A DNA stretch of 60,922 nucleotides, filler included, from Rhabdomonas costata (taxonomy: Eukaryota): NCBI GenBank assembly GCA_019059605.1. It is 16 parts of 16 records of this genome, joined end to end, with 100 filler letters (N's around TTAATTAATTAA, not from the genome) between each part and the next. Parts side by side here need not be neighbours in the genome. Positions count along the whole stretch, not along the records: positions 19,189 to 22,897 come from JAHMHO010000589.1; positions 22,998 to 26,699 come from JAHMHO010000590.1; positions 26,800 to 30,503 come from JAHMHO010000591.1; positions 30,604 to 34,313 come from JAHMHO010000592.1; positions 34,414 to 38,122 come from JAHMHO010000593.1; 11 more parts are not named here. One strand, written 5' to 3'. Under the pieces are notes generated by a model, which searched no databases, was not told the DNA's origin, and was given only the letters and a program-made list of their open reading frames with translations. Below, piece by piece: positions 21,428-35,816 of the stretch (position 1 is the first letter of the stretch; the number at the start of each line of letters is the position of its first letter). Made by a program: the position numbers and the translations under genes.

Positions 21428-23282
21428 GTAAAGGCCGCTGCTATAAACGAGAGCAAAAGAAAACGAAACCAAAACAACTGACCTAACGACTGGATGGGAG
21501 TGATCCGTTTTAAGAAAGCGAAGAGCAAGGAAAGGAAAGCTAAGAGAACAAGGATGGGATAGATAAGAACGGTAGGCTTTGCAGAAGGAGGGCAGCTTCA
21601 AGCCCCCCCCCCCCCAGCTGAAAAAAACTGGGGAAAACAAGCGACTTTCAGAACTGCGCCAGTTCTGCTGAAGCTCAAGCTTGAGGATTCGTGTTCTTTC
21701 TGCAGCAAGGAGGTCGCATGTCTCCAATGTCTCCTCGTGACGGTGCCGGAAGCCATCTCCGATTGTTGGCTATAACCAAAATTCTTAATCATGCTCAATG
21801 CCTAAAACATCCAAGATCCACACTTCCCAAATTCGCAAACGGTGCTGCGAGCAATCCCTACAGCAAACCCTCAGAGTTGAGAAACAATTCACAAAAGGCT
21901 GAAGAGCACACAAGGTGAAAGTGTTAGAAGGTAGAAAAACCAATACACTGAAATAGAGAAAGCAAGGCATGGTGACCTGTGCCAGGCGTGCGTCCAGACG
22001 ACGCACCGTTGCTGGTGGAAACCTTCCCCAGGCAGCCACCCATTAGTTTGTAGGTGGAAGTCAGGGGTTCGTCCCAGGTAGCCTGGACCCCAGGGATATC
22101 CGGCGAGAATACCCCCACCGCTTGAGAGTTGGGTTCCATCTGGGTCAGGCGGGGCACAGAAGTTACACGGCCAAGGAACTGGAAGTGATGACGACGACCC
22201 CCCAGCTCTAGCCTCTCCGTTTTGGTCAGAGGTAAATCACAAAAAGAAAAGAGGAGGCCGAAACAGAACCCAGTTGCGAAGAGATCCTCTGGAGATTTTC
22301 GGGTTGCGTTGCCATTCACATAAGCTACGCACAGTTCGCAGTTGTGATGCAGTAACCCGTCCCACAAAAACACAAGCACACACACCCTAAGAGTGAGAAA
22401 AGGAGCAAATCGGATTGACCTTGACGATTCCACGTCCCGATCCAAGGGTTCTCCCCACCATGATCTCCACGTTCAACTTGTTGGGCACGGTCTCCACACT
22501 GTGTGCATCCACAGCAAAGTGCATCTTTGTTCGGAAAACCGCACCGATACTTATGTTACTTCAAAAACAAGCACAACCGGGTGAAAGGTGCAGGGATAAT
22601 ATCAAAGCAAAAACGTATACCAGAGACAGCAGTTACGGTGCTACCCAATGTTTTAGATACAGGTTTGGCTGCCTTAAGCAAATCCAGGAGTTTTCGTGTA
22701 TTTGTCTCCAGGCATGATCACCTGGTGAGTGCATGGTAAAAACTTGATTTTTAATTAACGCGGTCATCAGCAAGTTGGCCTTTTCGCTCGAAATGCAATT
22801 ATTATGCAGGGAATGCAGCAATCATGCATCTCTCCAGAGTCTTCCAAGGTTGCAAGCGGGCCTCGGCTTTGGAACAGAAACGTCGGCACACAAACCANNN
22901 NNNNNNNNNNNNNNNNNNNNNNNNNNNNNNNNNNNNNNNNNTTAATTAATTAANNNNNNNNNNNNNNNNNNNNNNNNNNNNNNNNNNNNNNNNNNNNTGC
23001 CTTTTTCCTGTCTTTATGCCGCTGGGCTTGGGTAGCATGTGCTGTCTCTTAATGAATACGCAAGGTTGCAAACTCTCGCTTTACGCCTGCTATACAAGGA
23101 ATCGACATAGAAGGCGATGCACGCACAATCTGGCGGACAAAGCTGGACAAAATGGCGCAACGGCTGTGACAATTATAACGAGAACCTGACGAACAAAAGC
23201 AAAGAAAACCTCCCGCCCCGTGAAGGAGAAGATGTGCTACTGCACTGCAGCAAAGTCACCACACGCTAAAAGCACTGCAAAC

Positions 23283-24735
23283 CGCTCCATGGCGCTGAAG
23301 GACTCCTGGCACCCCCGGACTTCGGAGATCAAGGAAGGCCGCACAGCCTTCGTAAGCGCCTCGCCCTGAAGCTCCAGAACCGCAAGCAGGCCCATCCCCT
23401 TCGCCAGCCGCTCTAGCGGCAGCGAAAGCATCAGGGCGATCCACACAGCGATGGCCAGGGCGACTACCACAACGGCGACCAGGACCCCAATGAGGGTGAT
23501 ATTGGTGTGCCGAATGTCCTCGGAGGCCTCGGCGTGCTTCTCCAACACCGGGCCCACCCGGGAGTCCGCGCTGATCAGCAGGAAGACCTGCCACTTCAGG
23601 CCATACTGTCAACACATTTGCGGGTGTGTTGTTGTCGGGGTTTTACAATATTCAACATCAACATTCAATGGCCCATTCTGCTGACGAAACCAGGGTCTCT
23701 TTCTATCAATGGTGACCTTTATATTTATCACCTCTTTGCGCAGCATATGCTAAAAAAAAGAAAGAGAAAGAGAAAGAAGAGAGCTATCGCAGTGCAAGGT
23801 TTTGCATCTCAGAATGATAAGAGAAGCCAACCCAACGCAGAACCCATTGCAACCCAACCCACCGCACACACACATACCCTGGAGGCAATGTGGGCTGAAC
23901 GAACTGTAAATACTCCCGCAGAAAGGTTCATTCCAGTGCTGATCTCGGGAATGACGGACCAGTCGTGATACTGCTCCAGAATCATCCTCGACGCCCCGGC
24001 AATCGTCTCATCCGTCGAGTTCACTGCACTGAAAAGCTGGTACTTCGCTATCGGCGGGGGGTTCTTCAGAGGGTTGTTCTCGTCAAAGTTGATGTCCGAG
24101 TGGGAGAAGAACTTTCCGTGTGAGGCCCCAACTAACGTCCCATAGGGAGTCCGGAAAATCAGAAAGAGTCGGTCTACTGGCGTCGGGGCCAGTGACAGCA
24201 GAAGCCGACTGATGGTATACGTGTTGATGGACACCTCCATCGCAAACACCGCACGCCCGTCAAAGAACGGAAGCCCACACACCACAGAGGTGTACGGAAC
24301 TCCAAGCACGGGGAAAAAAGACACCACGTTGCTCCACTGGCATGTCAGCTCCGTCGGCTGTGTGGGAGAGATCGGGGTGCGGTAGGGGTAGGGCCGGTTC
24401 TGGTAGCACATCATGGGCTGCCCTGTCGTGGAGTTGACCATGCAGTCATGGAAGTACGTCAGGTTGCGTGAGGGGTTAACGTCCACTGGGGTTGCGTACA
24501 GTGTGGGGGATGCCTGCTGGGTGAGGTAGTTGAAGTTCAGCCGGGCGTACACCACCGCTTGCCGCACGCCAGACCTGAAAGAAAAACAACCAGCCTCTGT
24601 TGCCCCAGTCAGTTGAATAATACACGAGGAGGAAGGTCCGCCTGAATTAAAAATTAATGCCACTGAAAAGGCAAATCCAAGCGCCTTCATCACAGTAGCG
24701 GAAAAGTGAAAAGCGAAGTTCTCACTCAAAGGACC

Positions 24736-24766
<31 letters not shown>

Positions 24767-24888
24767 CCGTTGCGGATGTCGGAGAACAGCGAGAGGTTCA
24801 TCATAAACATCCACGGGCTGCTCTTTACAATCACAAACACCATCTCCCCGAACTGAGCCACCACCTCCGGGGCCTGGTTTGTGCCTTC
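23283..24888 (-). CDS. Receptor-type signalling protein fragment (Cache-like ectodomain, TM, HAMP-like), probably an adenylate cyclase; exons 24767-24888, 23878-24574, 23283-23605
   Basis: Phase-compatible GT-AG exons. GLKWQV then TM helix ITLIGVLVAVVVVALAIAVWIAL then SLPLERLAKGMGLLAVLEL...PSLISEVRGCQESFSAM. The catalytic domain is not in the contig. Confidence 0.75.
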
Positions 24889-26922
24889 CTAGAAGGGGGA
24901 GGGGGGACAAAATACGCTGGATAGGGGTGAAGGTCACGGTTGCGGTATCGCCAGTCCCCGCTAACAAGTCACAATTCAAACCATAAAACTACAACATAGA
25001 AGCGGTGGTCCCCATCCTAATGAAGCAAAGATGTGCCTGGAACCCGCGGGAAGGCGGTGGACCTTGGCCTGCGTGTCATGAGCATGCTCCCACAGCTCCC
25101 AATGCTATGTGAATGTAAGTGACAGGCATCTTTTCTGCTTCCATAATTCATTCTCTATCCAAATTCTGCAAGTCCCATAATCCTAACCCATAGGAATGAC
25201 GTATGCAGGACTCAGATTATGCCATGTGTATTCCTACCTCCTACCAGATCAAAGAGTTGGAATTCATGTGAATGAAAAACGGGCAGAAATTCGTTACAGC
25301 CTTGAGGGAGGGGAGGGAGTCGCCCTCTCATCCACAAGCACTTGCTGAATGGGGGTTCTATGACCCACGCCTTGGACGATTCGAAAAAAAAAGCCCCTAG
25401 TCGCACAAAATTGCTCTAGAAAGAGAAAGCAGCAATCGCCGACCATCAGTGGTTCGATCCACATCATTGTCAGAGACGCCAATTTGATGGGTGGTGATCA
25501 TTCGGCAAATGACTGCGGTAAACATCGCAGTGGCCACAGAGCATACCATAGGACAAAAATTGCCACCCACGGGAGCTGACCTGCCAGTGTGCAAACTAAA
25601 ACGAGCTTCACAAAACAAAATCAGACGTACCCCTAGCAGCTCGTGGGCTAGGGTCCCGTAAAAAAAATGGGTATTTGCGCAATGGCGCCTCCCAACCAAA
25701 CAGGGCAGAACGTTAAAAACTGAGTGAATCATCTCCAACCTGTATATCGAGGTGACAACCAGAGAGGCAGCAGCCTTTCATATTTATCTTGCTCTCCATA
25801 CAACACAATGAAAAATCTGGAGTGTCCGTGGGAGTGCGGTCGTAGTGTGGCTATTCATTATTCAGGAACACAAGTATGGCTTGAGTCGAGGGAACCCTCT
25901 TCACAGAGACAGAGAGACGACCCTAAACTTCATCATCCACGAATTGTACACGCGCTCCCACCCGCAAACACGCAAGAACCCAGGCGCACGTCCACAGCAT
26001 TCCTCCGCGAAACGACATTTACAACTTTATGCTCAGACAAGCAGTGCTGCGAGCTTTGATATATATCATTAATATTCATTGGATACCTCCCTAAACGGCG
26101 AATAACAACAATGGCTACGGGAAATAGGACGCAGAAGTGTAACGAGTATCTTTCCAGGGTTGTTTTACTGCAGGTCTTCCGACAGGTGCTCGCAAATTTT
26201 GAAACACAGGCTGCGTTGTGTTGTGTGTGTATTTTGACCCTCAGACTGCGTTGCTCAAAAGAGAATGTCTCGCAGAGGAAACCCCTCCCCCCACTTGCAT
26301 AAAGGCTTCTTCACTTATCACTTTCCACTTCGCTCCACTCCACTGTATCCGAAGAGTCGAGGACAACGAAAGGTGTTGAGCCACCACTACGACATGCGAT
26401 AACTTTTAGGAAAGGGAACAACATTAAGAGATGAGTGCAGGGGGGGACCTTGTCCCAAGTAAGACAGAAGAAGACACAAGTCCCATCAATATATCTCTTG
26501 AAGGTGTCCAAAAGTAGGCGTTCGCCGCGTTAAAAAAGTTCAGATCACAATTGAGTAAAAGTCAGGGGATAGGCCCGAAGGAGGCAGGGCTTTGCGGATT
26601 TATGCCACCCAAAGATGCAGCCATGGACAAAGAGGGTGGGGGTGGGTGAGTCGTTCTTGTCCATGGCTGCATCTTTGGGTGGCATAAATCCGCAAACCCN
26701 NNNNNNNNNNNNNNNNNNNNNNNNNNNNNNNNNNNNNNNNNNNTTAATTAATTAANNNNNNNNNNNNNNNNNNNNNNNNNNNNNNNNNNNNNNNNNNNNG
26801 GTGGTTGGGGTAAGCAAAGGGAAAGAAGGATGAAGAACTAAAAGAAAAACTAAACACGAATGATGCAATCTTGGCGGATCACAAAAGTAAAAAGCCAGAG
26901 CGAAAGCAAGTCGCAGCAACAC

Positions 26923-27963
26923 ACTCCAGGATTCCCGCCTGCACTTCGTCCAGGTGCTGCACCAGGTGCACCCGATTGTCTGGGGTGATAGCAGGGCCGT
27001 CGTCGGCGGGGAGGCCCTCCTCGTCCAATTTCGGCTCGGTCGAGGTGGTGGCCGACCTCACAAGGCTGGCTGCAGAGTCGGGCCCCCTCAGTAGGGCAAG
27101 CGAGCCCTGAGCTTCTTTGGAGATCTCCGCGGGAGCGGGCTTCTCGGGGTTGGGGTTGGCCCCGCCCTGCTCCTCATCGCTCTGCTGTGAGGTACGCTCG
27201 AGGAGAGACTCCAGCTTGTGCAGGCCAAACATCAACACCACGGCAAGTACAAACCCGGCAGCCACTCCCTAATAATACAGCGCCAGTAACCCTCCACGGG
27301 CAAAGTTGCGAAACGGACCCAAAGTACAAACAGGCTTGGGAACGGAAATGTCACTTCCCTGGTTTTCGCTGTCGGCATACTGAATGGAGCATAAAAAGGC
27401 GCACTCCCATAATGGGAAAGGCAACGAAGTGTGCCTGAAAAGTGTTGGGCTGCAGAAGCAAGAGAAAGCACACATCCTAAAGTAGGGCGACATGGTTGAA
27501 AATACGTCTGCAGAAGGACACCACCAGCAAAACCAAGCATTCCAGTTCCTGAAGCCCTCAGCTCTCTGCAGTGAAGATTCCAGCCCGTTGACCAAATTAA
27601 AGCCAACATACACCCCACAGTTTATTATTGAGGGGATGCGGGTCATTCCTTGAAACGACACAGGAGCGGTGAAAGCAGGGATTGGGGTTTGTTGAAGAAG
27701 GGAGAGACAGCGCAAATCTTTCACCGCTCGAATGAAAGACAAAGGCAAAAAAAAAGCACCAAGTCTTTGGTAAAGTGGTCGTGTTTCATCAACGGGAAAA
27801 GCTCCCTTCCAACAGCCGCCAAAATGATCCCCGCGCTGAAGTTCTGGGTGATGGCTTGCAAACGCTGTCCAACGTGGAAACAAGCGGCGACCACACTTCC
27901 CACCAGCATGGAAGCGGCAGGAACACAAGAAACCAGAAAAGCTCCGGCTACCGGAGTGGGCAT
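26923..27963 (-). CDS. ZIP-family (ZupT-like) metal transporter, N-terminal exons 27760-27963 and about 26923-27268
   Basis: QAITQNFSAGIILAAVGRELFP and GVAAGFVLAVVLMFGLHKL match ZIP TM2 and TM3. Confidence 0.8.
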
Positions 27964-29370
27964 TTTTCAGCACAGCAACGTGGCAAAAAAAACACAGGAG
28001 GTGAGAAAAAACCTGCGGAAACAGCAAATGGATCCTTAATTTAAGCCCGCAAGAAACCAACGGATAAGGGTCAACCACAAACCGATATCAGAATCACCCG
28101 CTCTATAGAGGACGTGGTGTATGTGCTTTTCGGGCGTCAGGGCATCCATTTCCGCATGTCCAGTCATCATCACAGGTTTCCCATTCACTACTTTGTGCCA
28201 ACACAGCCAGCTAACACCGTCTCCCAACTCTCCTCCTTTTACTTCTTGCACTGTGCTTACACCTTGGTTGTTTCTTTCGTGGCGGACACGGACGCCGGAT
28301 AGACTTAGTAACAGGATAACAAACAACACCGTGAGCTGGGCGGAGGTGAGGGGGGAACAGCCGAGCGTGGGGGCGAAGGCACGATACAACACTAGCGAGA
28401 GGAAATACACACATGGGAAGATCTTGCTAGAGACGCTCTTTTTGCACTCACTAACACAAGCGAAGTTGCCGAACCGCGGAGGGGCAGGTGAAGGTGCAAC
28501 CGTTGAATGGGACATGCATGCGATCCAATGGATCCTCTCAGGGACCATTTTCTGAGCTTCGGCGGTTGTCTGACGAAATCTTAGCACCGCACTGGACACT
28601 GGCAGCACAGATCCAGCTGCTCAGCAAATATACGGACCAATTTACCAATACAGAAGAAAGGACCTGAAAACAAGGGAGGGCAGAAACGCAGCCTAATCCC
28701 GCTTCATTTTATAACTTCAATCCCATTTAGCGCACGTCGCGGAATCGACCAGGTGGATTACCACCACCGGTCCCCAGTCGCGCGAAAAACCCTCACAGCT
28801 CCCGAAACGGAATGTCGTGTTCGAGTGTTGAGACGCTAACCACCATACCATCCAAGCACACAACGTGAAATATTTCCGAATCTGCATTGCGTGGATCGGT
28901 GCTGCCCCAATAAGAATGTCGGCTTTTGGAGAGGCTTTTGCAGGCCATGAGCGCGAAGTTCAAAAGGCGTCACATGAGAGGTCGTCAGACGCCCGAAGTT
29001 TGGCGCGAAAAGTCACGTACTATGTTTCCCCCCATCCCATTCACATCAATCTGAGTACTCCTTCGTTCCCTGCTGTCCCATGCTATCCCAGAGGGAAAAA
29101 AACGAGGAATTGCGTCGCGTCCCCCGAGGGAAGGTGGCTGGCACACTGCAATGCAGTGCAGTGCTGTGACAGGCTCCAGCCCGTCCCCCATTGAAGTCAG
29201 GACCGCAGGGCGTTAGGGAGAGAACAGGCGGCGCTAAATTCCGCAGCCCAACCTCACGTGAACAATACAGAACAGAAACATGCGGTCACTGCACTCTCTG
29301 CAGCGAGCGCAACCCCAAGGCACAAAATACATGACTCAACGCCCGATCGAAGAAGTACACCAGCTCTCCT

Positions 29371-29403
<33 letters not shown>

Positions 29404-30836
29404 TCATCGCATTTGAGCATGCTCTTGCAGCAGTAAGGCCTCCTTGCAAGAAAGGACGACTTGAGAAGACTTGAATAATAGAAAGCGCGCGCCAATGTTA
29501 CCCCTGACAGAGCAGTGAACGGATGCAACGGATGAAGGTGGGAGCCCTAAGAAGCGTCGCAGTCTCGCCCCGGCTTGTTTTCCATTTCCAGATTTCTGGA
29601 TGCAGGGTGGCTAGTTACCTGCGATTTGTTGAGAAATGACTGTTGAGAAATGGCAGCGAAACATGTTGTTAGGGCTTTCAAACTGCTGCAGAGCCACACA
29701 TAGACAAGCAGACAATACTGCACACGTACCATGCCCCGCCTGGTAGCTAAGGAGGAAAGGAGACAGGCGCCCCTGAGGCTGAGTTACTTTGGACAGGTGC
29801 CGAAGCACGCGAAGGCAGAGCCCATAGCAAACGTCGACGACAGCGAGGACGCGGCGGTGCCCTTCGCCGCCGGGGGTGGTCCTGATGGTGAGTGAAGCCG
29901 AAGCTGGGCTTGTTGATAGCAGCTCCAAGATAAAAAAACAAGCCGCGCAGGGGATTTTCGGGGATATTGGTGTGGCATTTGCGAAAACACCGTTGCTTGA
30001 CCCAAGATTGCATATCCAATGACGGAAACGACTGTGATATCTGTGGCGCGGTTTCCCAAGATTCACAGGTTGCAAGGGGTAGAGGTCGTGGGAGGCGGGG
30101 GTGGGGGGTGCGTGGCAACACTCTTGCCCTTGTACACGGAGAGGAAATGCATGAAGAAATGGCTTGAGGCTAATTAGCCTAATTATTTCTGGGTCTATCT
30201 AGGTCTATTCATAATCTGGACCTCTGGATCTTCCAGCCACATCGACCTCTGAAAACATCTTCGCAAGAGCCGTGCCTCACAACACCCGATTTTGTCTTTC
30301 GGTAAAAGAAGCTGTAGCGATCCACCAGATCGCCCGCCCAGCCTTTTCTTCACCATCGGACCGTGGATAAATCGGAAACCCAGTGCACAAAATAGCAGTG
30401 CGACAGAAATGTGTGGGCGAGCAATGAAGGAAGGCGGCCTGGATCGAAGGAGATTCTACGTGTGCACAAATACTCCCAGCAGAAGATTCATACCCCAACA
30501 AACNNNNNNNNNNNNNNNNNNNNNNNNNNNNNNNNNNNNNNNNNNNNTTAATTAATTAANNNNNNNNNNNNNNNNNNNNNNNNNNNNNNNNNNNNNNNNN
30601 NNNGGGGTTGTGGGAACGTTCGGCGGTGAGCCGGCACACCACCGTCATTTGCTCCAACGGCACTTCTCTGGCGAGCACCCTTGGCCAATAGCGCGTGGGC
30701 CCGTCAGTTCACAGCAGCCAGCGCAACACAAATTGGGAAGATTTCACGTCCCATCCCAAGTTAAATTGAATGGTCGCTTTCGCTTCACAGCTCTGACTCC
30801 TGCGAAGCGCCACTCTCAATTCTTTTTATTTTGCAG

Positions 30837-31359
30837 CACATTGACCTGAAAACTGTGCGGGTGGAGGATCTCTCGTTCTCTCGGCCCTGGTCCGTGACCG
30901 CGACCTACAACAGCTGGTGTCACGCACTGGTTGTTTGGTTCGACTATGGATTCACCAGCTGCTTCAAAAAGGTCCACGTTTCCACCGGTAGGTTCTTTTG
31001 CTGCTTATCCGACCGCCTTTCTTTCTCAATTTCCCATCTTCGACTCTGAAACCATTTCTTGGCAGGACCAGCGGCGGAGTACACGCATTGGAAGCAGACT
31101 GTCTTTTACCTCCAAGAGCCCCTCAAGCTGGTTGTTGGAGACAAAGTTCACGGCACGATATCGTGCAAGCCCAACGCCCGCAACCCCAGGCATCCCGCAC
31201 GATACACCTTGTTATGCACCTCCGCCTCCGCCGTTGCCACCATTCTCTTCCAGTTGCGTCGCTTTTCTTTGCAGGGACTTGGACATCGTCCTTGTCACGA
31301 ACTTTACGAATAGTCAGGGGCAGTCATGGAACTTCACCCAGGATTTCCGAATGCGGTGA
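30837..31359 (+). CDS. Type I protein arginine methyltransferase (PRMT1-like), C-terminal exons 30837-30987, 31066-31189, 31275-31359
   Basis: IDLKTV.VEDLSF, HALVVWFD..F, STGP..EYTHWKQTVFYL (THW loop), KPNARNPRDLDI, FRMR*. Confidence 0.93.
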
Positions 31360-32690
31360 TTCCCGTGCGTTGAGGCAAACCTTTGGACACGGCGAGCCAC
31401 AGTGCGTGCGGGGCCCGCTGGTCTTTCCATTTTGCACCCCTTCGCCTGCAGGCTGTGAATTGGACGTGCGAAAGTTTTCCTCTGGACAGCACATACAAGG
31501 TGTCACTGAAGACTTGCACTGTGAGATTCTGGAAATGGTGGTACGAGGATAGTGGGGTGGGTCAACTTTTTGCGGGTATGTGAGCTCAGCGAAGAATTTG
31601 AAGCATTGTCGCCTTATTGGGGGCTGCTGTGGTGACCGGAAACTGTACCAGTAAAAAGAAATTGCAAAGTTTACGATAAAAAGGCCATGGTTGGCTTTTC
31701 TCCTCCTACCCCTCCTCCTTCCTACCCCATCTCATTGATGGGTACTTGATTTTTGAAACAAAAAACACTCCACTTGTTTGCTGTGTACCCATCTCAGGCG
31801 CAACATGATATGTGTGGACGTGCCTTTCTATTTGGTCTGATATTACGAAGCTAGGTTGCGGTATGCNNNNNNNNNNNNNNNNNNNNNNNNNNNNNNNNNN
31901 NNNNNNNNNNNNNNNNNNNNNNNNNNNNNNNNNNNNNNNNNNNNNNNNNNNNNNNNNNNNNNNNNNNNNNNNNNNNNNNNNNNNNNNNNNNNNNNNNNNN
32001 NNNNNNNNNNNNNNNNNNNNNNNNNNNNNNNNNNNNNNNNNNNNNNNNNNNNNNNNNNNNNNNNNNNNNNNNNNNNNNNNNNNNNNNNNNNNNNNNNNNN
32101 NNNNNNNNNNNNNNNNNNNNNNNNNNNNNNNNNNNNNNNNNNNNNNNNNNNNNNNNNNNNNNNNNNNNNNNNNNNNNNNNNNNNNNNNNNNNNNNNNNNN
32201 NNNNNNGGGTGGTGGTGTAGGAGTCACTTCTTTTGTGTGTGAAGGGCTCCTGCCAACTGTTGTAGGCCTTTGCGCCTCGCAATACTCCTCTTGGGTTCAT
32301 GACAACCCGTCCCAGGTCATCTTGATGGTTGGGGTTTGCTCCTTCAGCCGTTTACCCGGGTTGTGGAATAGCGCTGTTTTTGGTGTAGTGGAGCAGCGTA
32401 GGTCCCCAGTTAGGTGTGGTTCACTCAGAGAAAAATACGTGTCCTAGTGTCCTGCTTTGTGGTCAGCTGTCATGAAACACATACCCGAAAAGTCAGCTGT
32501 TGAAAGTCGCTTTCACAAATCTGGAATGCACCACACTCTGTGCTGGCCAGCTCTCGCTCCCCCTCGAACCGAGCCTTTGATGCCCCCGCCCTCCCTTCCT
32601 GGAGGAAAAAGAGATGAGATGTGGGAAGGTCCGCGGCCGCTGGACGAGTTTTTTGGAGCAGCTCTCCCCTTTCCCTCTTCGTTTCTCCAG

Positions 32691-34101
32691 GTTGACCGCC
32701 TGGATCGCTTTTGCCGGGTATTGCTATCACTTTTGCGGGCGTGCAACCTGCGCTATGAAGCAGGTTAACGTGCTCTGTTGCCATTTCTCGCCCGGAGACT
32801 CAGAGGGCCTTCGTTCACATACTGAGCGCTTTGGGGAGGGGCGGTTCTTTTAGGTGCTGCCTCATCCCCAATTAACCTGATTTGGGTCTCGATAAGGGCA
32901 ACAACAGCGGTGGCAGATAATAATCAAATGTTGCATTGTGCGCCGAAAGAGGAGGGAATCTCTGTCAATATTGCCTCTGCATTATTATTCGGCAATTACG
33001 CCCGCACATGCAAACGTTTTTTTGTTTTTAGACGCGTTGTGATGGTGGCTGCTGTGTTGCCATGAGAGATTTATGGGCTGATGGGAGGTCGTTATCTCTT
33101 CTTGCAGCGCGAGCAGTTGTGGGGACGGTATCCTTAGTCAATCAAGAAGTCGTGCGGCTCAGCCCACCGACCTGTGGACACTCTCGGGCGTACTTGTTGC
33201 ACCGCTTGGTGCGCACAACGCAGCTGCTGGCTGAAATGCTGAGTGTCCGCTACGCGGGGGCCCTCCCACGCCATTGCACCTGGGTGATCGTCTTGGCAAT
33301 CGAGCTGATAAAGTATATTCTTCTGTATTCTTCTTCTTCTTGCTGCAGCTGTTTATGCTACTGTTGTGGCTCCTCTCTCTCTCTCTGCTGCTTTCACCGT
33401 TTTCAGAACAATCATTTTCCATGGCATATCCTGCGATCCCAGAAAACCAACGAGGCTTTCGAACTCAAACCTTTCTGATGTGCTTTTTGCCCTTGCTTTT
33501 TCTTTTCGAGCCAGGGATTCTCTGGTGCAACGGGCTTGCTGCGGCTCTCTGTCTTCAGGGCGATCATCCAGCTGTGGGTGCTCCGCAGGCTGCTCGCTCA
33601 AGCTGCGCGGCAGATTTGGCGCCGTGGCTTGGGTTCATGCTCCTCGTCCTCTTCTTCGGTGTCGGCCTCGGGAGCCGAGGAGACTGGCGCCCCGCGAGGT
33701 TTCGCTTTTCTGCGGGCTGGCCAGGGTGCGCGAACGAGAGTGCACATCCCTGCAGTGGCTGCCGTGGGCGGGCCAGAAAGGCTGTTCCTTCGCGATGGCC
33801 GGCCGCAGGTGCGCATGGAAAGTCGTTGTAAGAGAAACGTCCTCGCCAGATTTTGCGAGCGTCTCCAGTGTCTCGAGTGATGGAAGTTGGGTGATGACTG
33901 TTTATGCGTGAATATCCAGCGGTTTGATGTACAGCCAGGTGTTGTGTGTAGACATACCTGGTGTCGGATGTTCATCTCAGTGTTGTCCAGTGCTGCTTTG
34001 TTTGTGCCAGGTTGAATTGCAGAAGCTGGAGGACTATCCCCCGCTGGATCCGCTGTCTGTCTGCGCTGTCCTTGCCGACGTCTTTCGAGGGCCACTTCAC
34101 G
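32691..34101 (+). CDS. PEX16: Probable peroxin Pex16 fragment; exons 32691-32763, 33108-33312 and further exons to about 34101
   Basis: LVRTTQLLAEMLSVRYAG...TWVIVLAIELIK..LLRL resembles the Pex16 LLxEM...RWxVVVxxExxKAxxRL segment; the first two exons join in phase. Confidence 0.6.
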
Positions 34102-35816
34102 GTACTCCCCGCTCGCACACCTTTCCACCATTTCTTTTCTGTGCGCACCTCAAAAGCATCTTTTCTCCTCCCCTACGCTCAATCCCATTGGAATATTGGT
34201 AACCCCATCTTTCATTCCTTGTTTTCGAGAAACATTTGTTCACATATCTTCCCCCTTTTGGGATGCTAATCTCTTTTCTGCTTATCTCTCTCATCCTGTA
34301 CCACCCCCACCCCNNNNNNNNNNNNNNNNNNNNNNNNNNNNNNNNNNNNNNNNNNNNTTAATTAATTAANNNNNNNNNNNNNNNNNNNNNNNNNNNNNNN
34401 NNNNNNNNNNNNNGTGGTGGGTGTGTTTGGGTGGTTTTGTCGCCGGGGGTCGCTCCCTGGTCTCCACTGCCCCATTACGGGTCATCGCTTCCCTTCCCAA
34501 CCTTCTCAGGTCCTGCTCACCGCTTTTTGGTGTCGCTTGGTTTCCACGGCATCTGACTCACCTCTGCTGCACCTGCTGCCACCCATTTCTGCTACACTCC
34601 AGTTGCCGCTGGTTCTGCGACGCTCCCAATACGGTCACCGCCACTGCTGTTCTCCTTTATCTCTCTTGCTTCCATGTCCATTCTTGCCCGAAGTGATCTC
34701 CATGGTTTCCCACAATCGCTTTCCCCACTCTTTCCGTTTCTGCTCTGGGTTCTGCTGGGCCCTGCCCTCACGAATGGGCGCCGTTTGGGCACTCTCTGAT
34801 TGATGCTTGATAACTTGGGTTCTCGAATCTGGTGGCGTCCATCGGGGAGACTAGTCGGGCCTCCCTTCTCCGCCAGGTTTCCGCTTTAACTTCCCCAAAG
34901 ACGGCTTGCATCACAGTCGCATCCTCTGCTCTGGTCTACTCGCGCTGACTCTCCGTGTACTTGGCCATCTAATTCTTGTCCCCGTTGATGATCCACTGGG
35001 CTCTTTGTCATTCCCCCTCTGCTCTCCTTCTTTCTCTGCCTCGCTTCCTCCATGGCCGACTCGTCCTCGTCCTCGTTGAAGATCTTGCCGACTTCTTTTT
35101 TTGGAGGGCTATGCCCTATGTTTCTTTTTTTTTTTGGATTTTTTATTACGTTTTTTCCAGCTCCATGTTCCGCAACCGCTTCCCATTGCGAAGCAAACAA
35201 TCTCACACCTGGAGTCAGTTCCACCGCTGTGAAGTGCCCATCCACATGTGCAACTTCGACTTCCCATGCTTTTCCCTGCTCGGTCACCTACTGACGTCCC
35301 AGGTTTTGCTTTCTCATCTTGCAGGCCCGGTGTTATATCCAGCATGCCCCTGGGCAGTTCGGGCTCCATCCACAAACACACACACACACTGAGCTGGGTG
35401 TGAAACACACACACACACACAGAGACACACACACACACACTCTCTCTCTACTGCTTTAACAAAACACCTATAAAAACAACGGCGTCAGTTCTCCAGTTCT
35501 CCCGTCCCGACATTGCTGCCCTTGCTTCTTCCACTTGCCTTAATTTGTCGATTTGGTGGTTGCTGATTGTTGGCATATACCTAGCCGCTGATTTTGGGCT
35601 CTCATTTTTGTCATGACCCCATGACCTCATTTTTGACATGACGGGGAGCCCTTAGCTCTCCGACTATGCAGTGGCTGTTTCCCTCGGCCGGGTGCAAAGC
35701 CACCACCTCACTTGGCTTAGCCTCAACACATTTTTACGGAGCAAGGAGCGGCGCTGCGAGGACAGAGATGAGTGATGAAGATGAAGATGATGATGAAGGC
35801 GAGAAAGTGGGCGGAC

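Noticed and set aside
26591-26696. About 37-bp perfect inverted repeat
   Set aside because: It terminates at the contig end next to a primer-like tail; likely a fold-back artefact.
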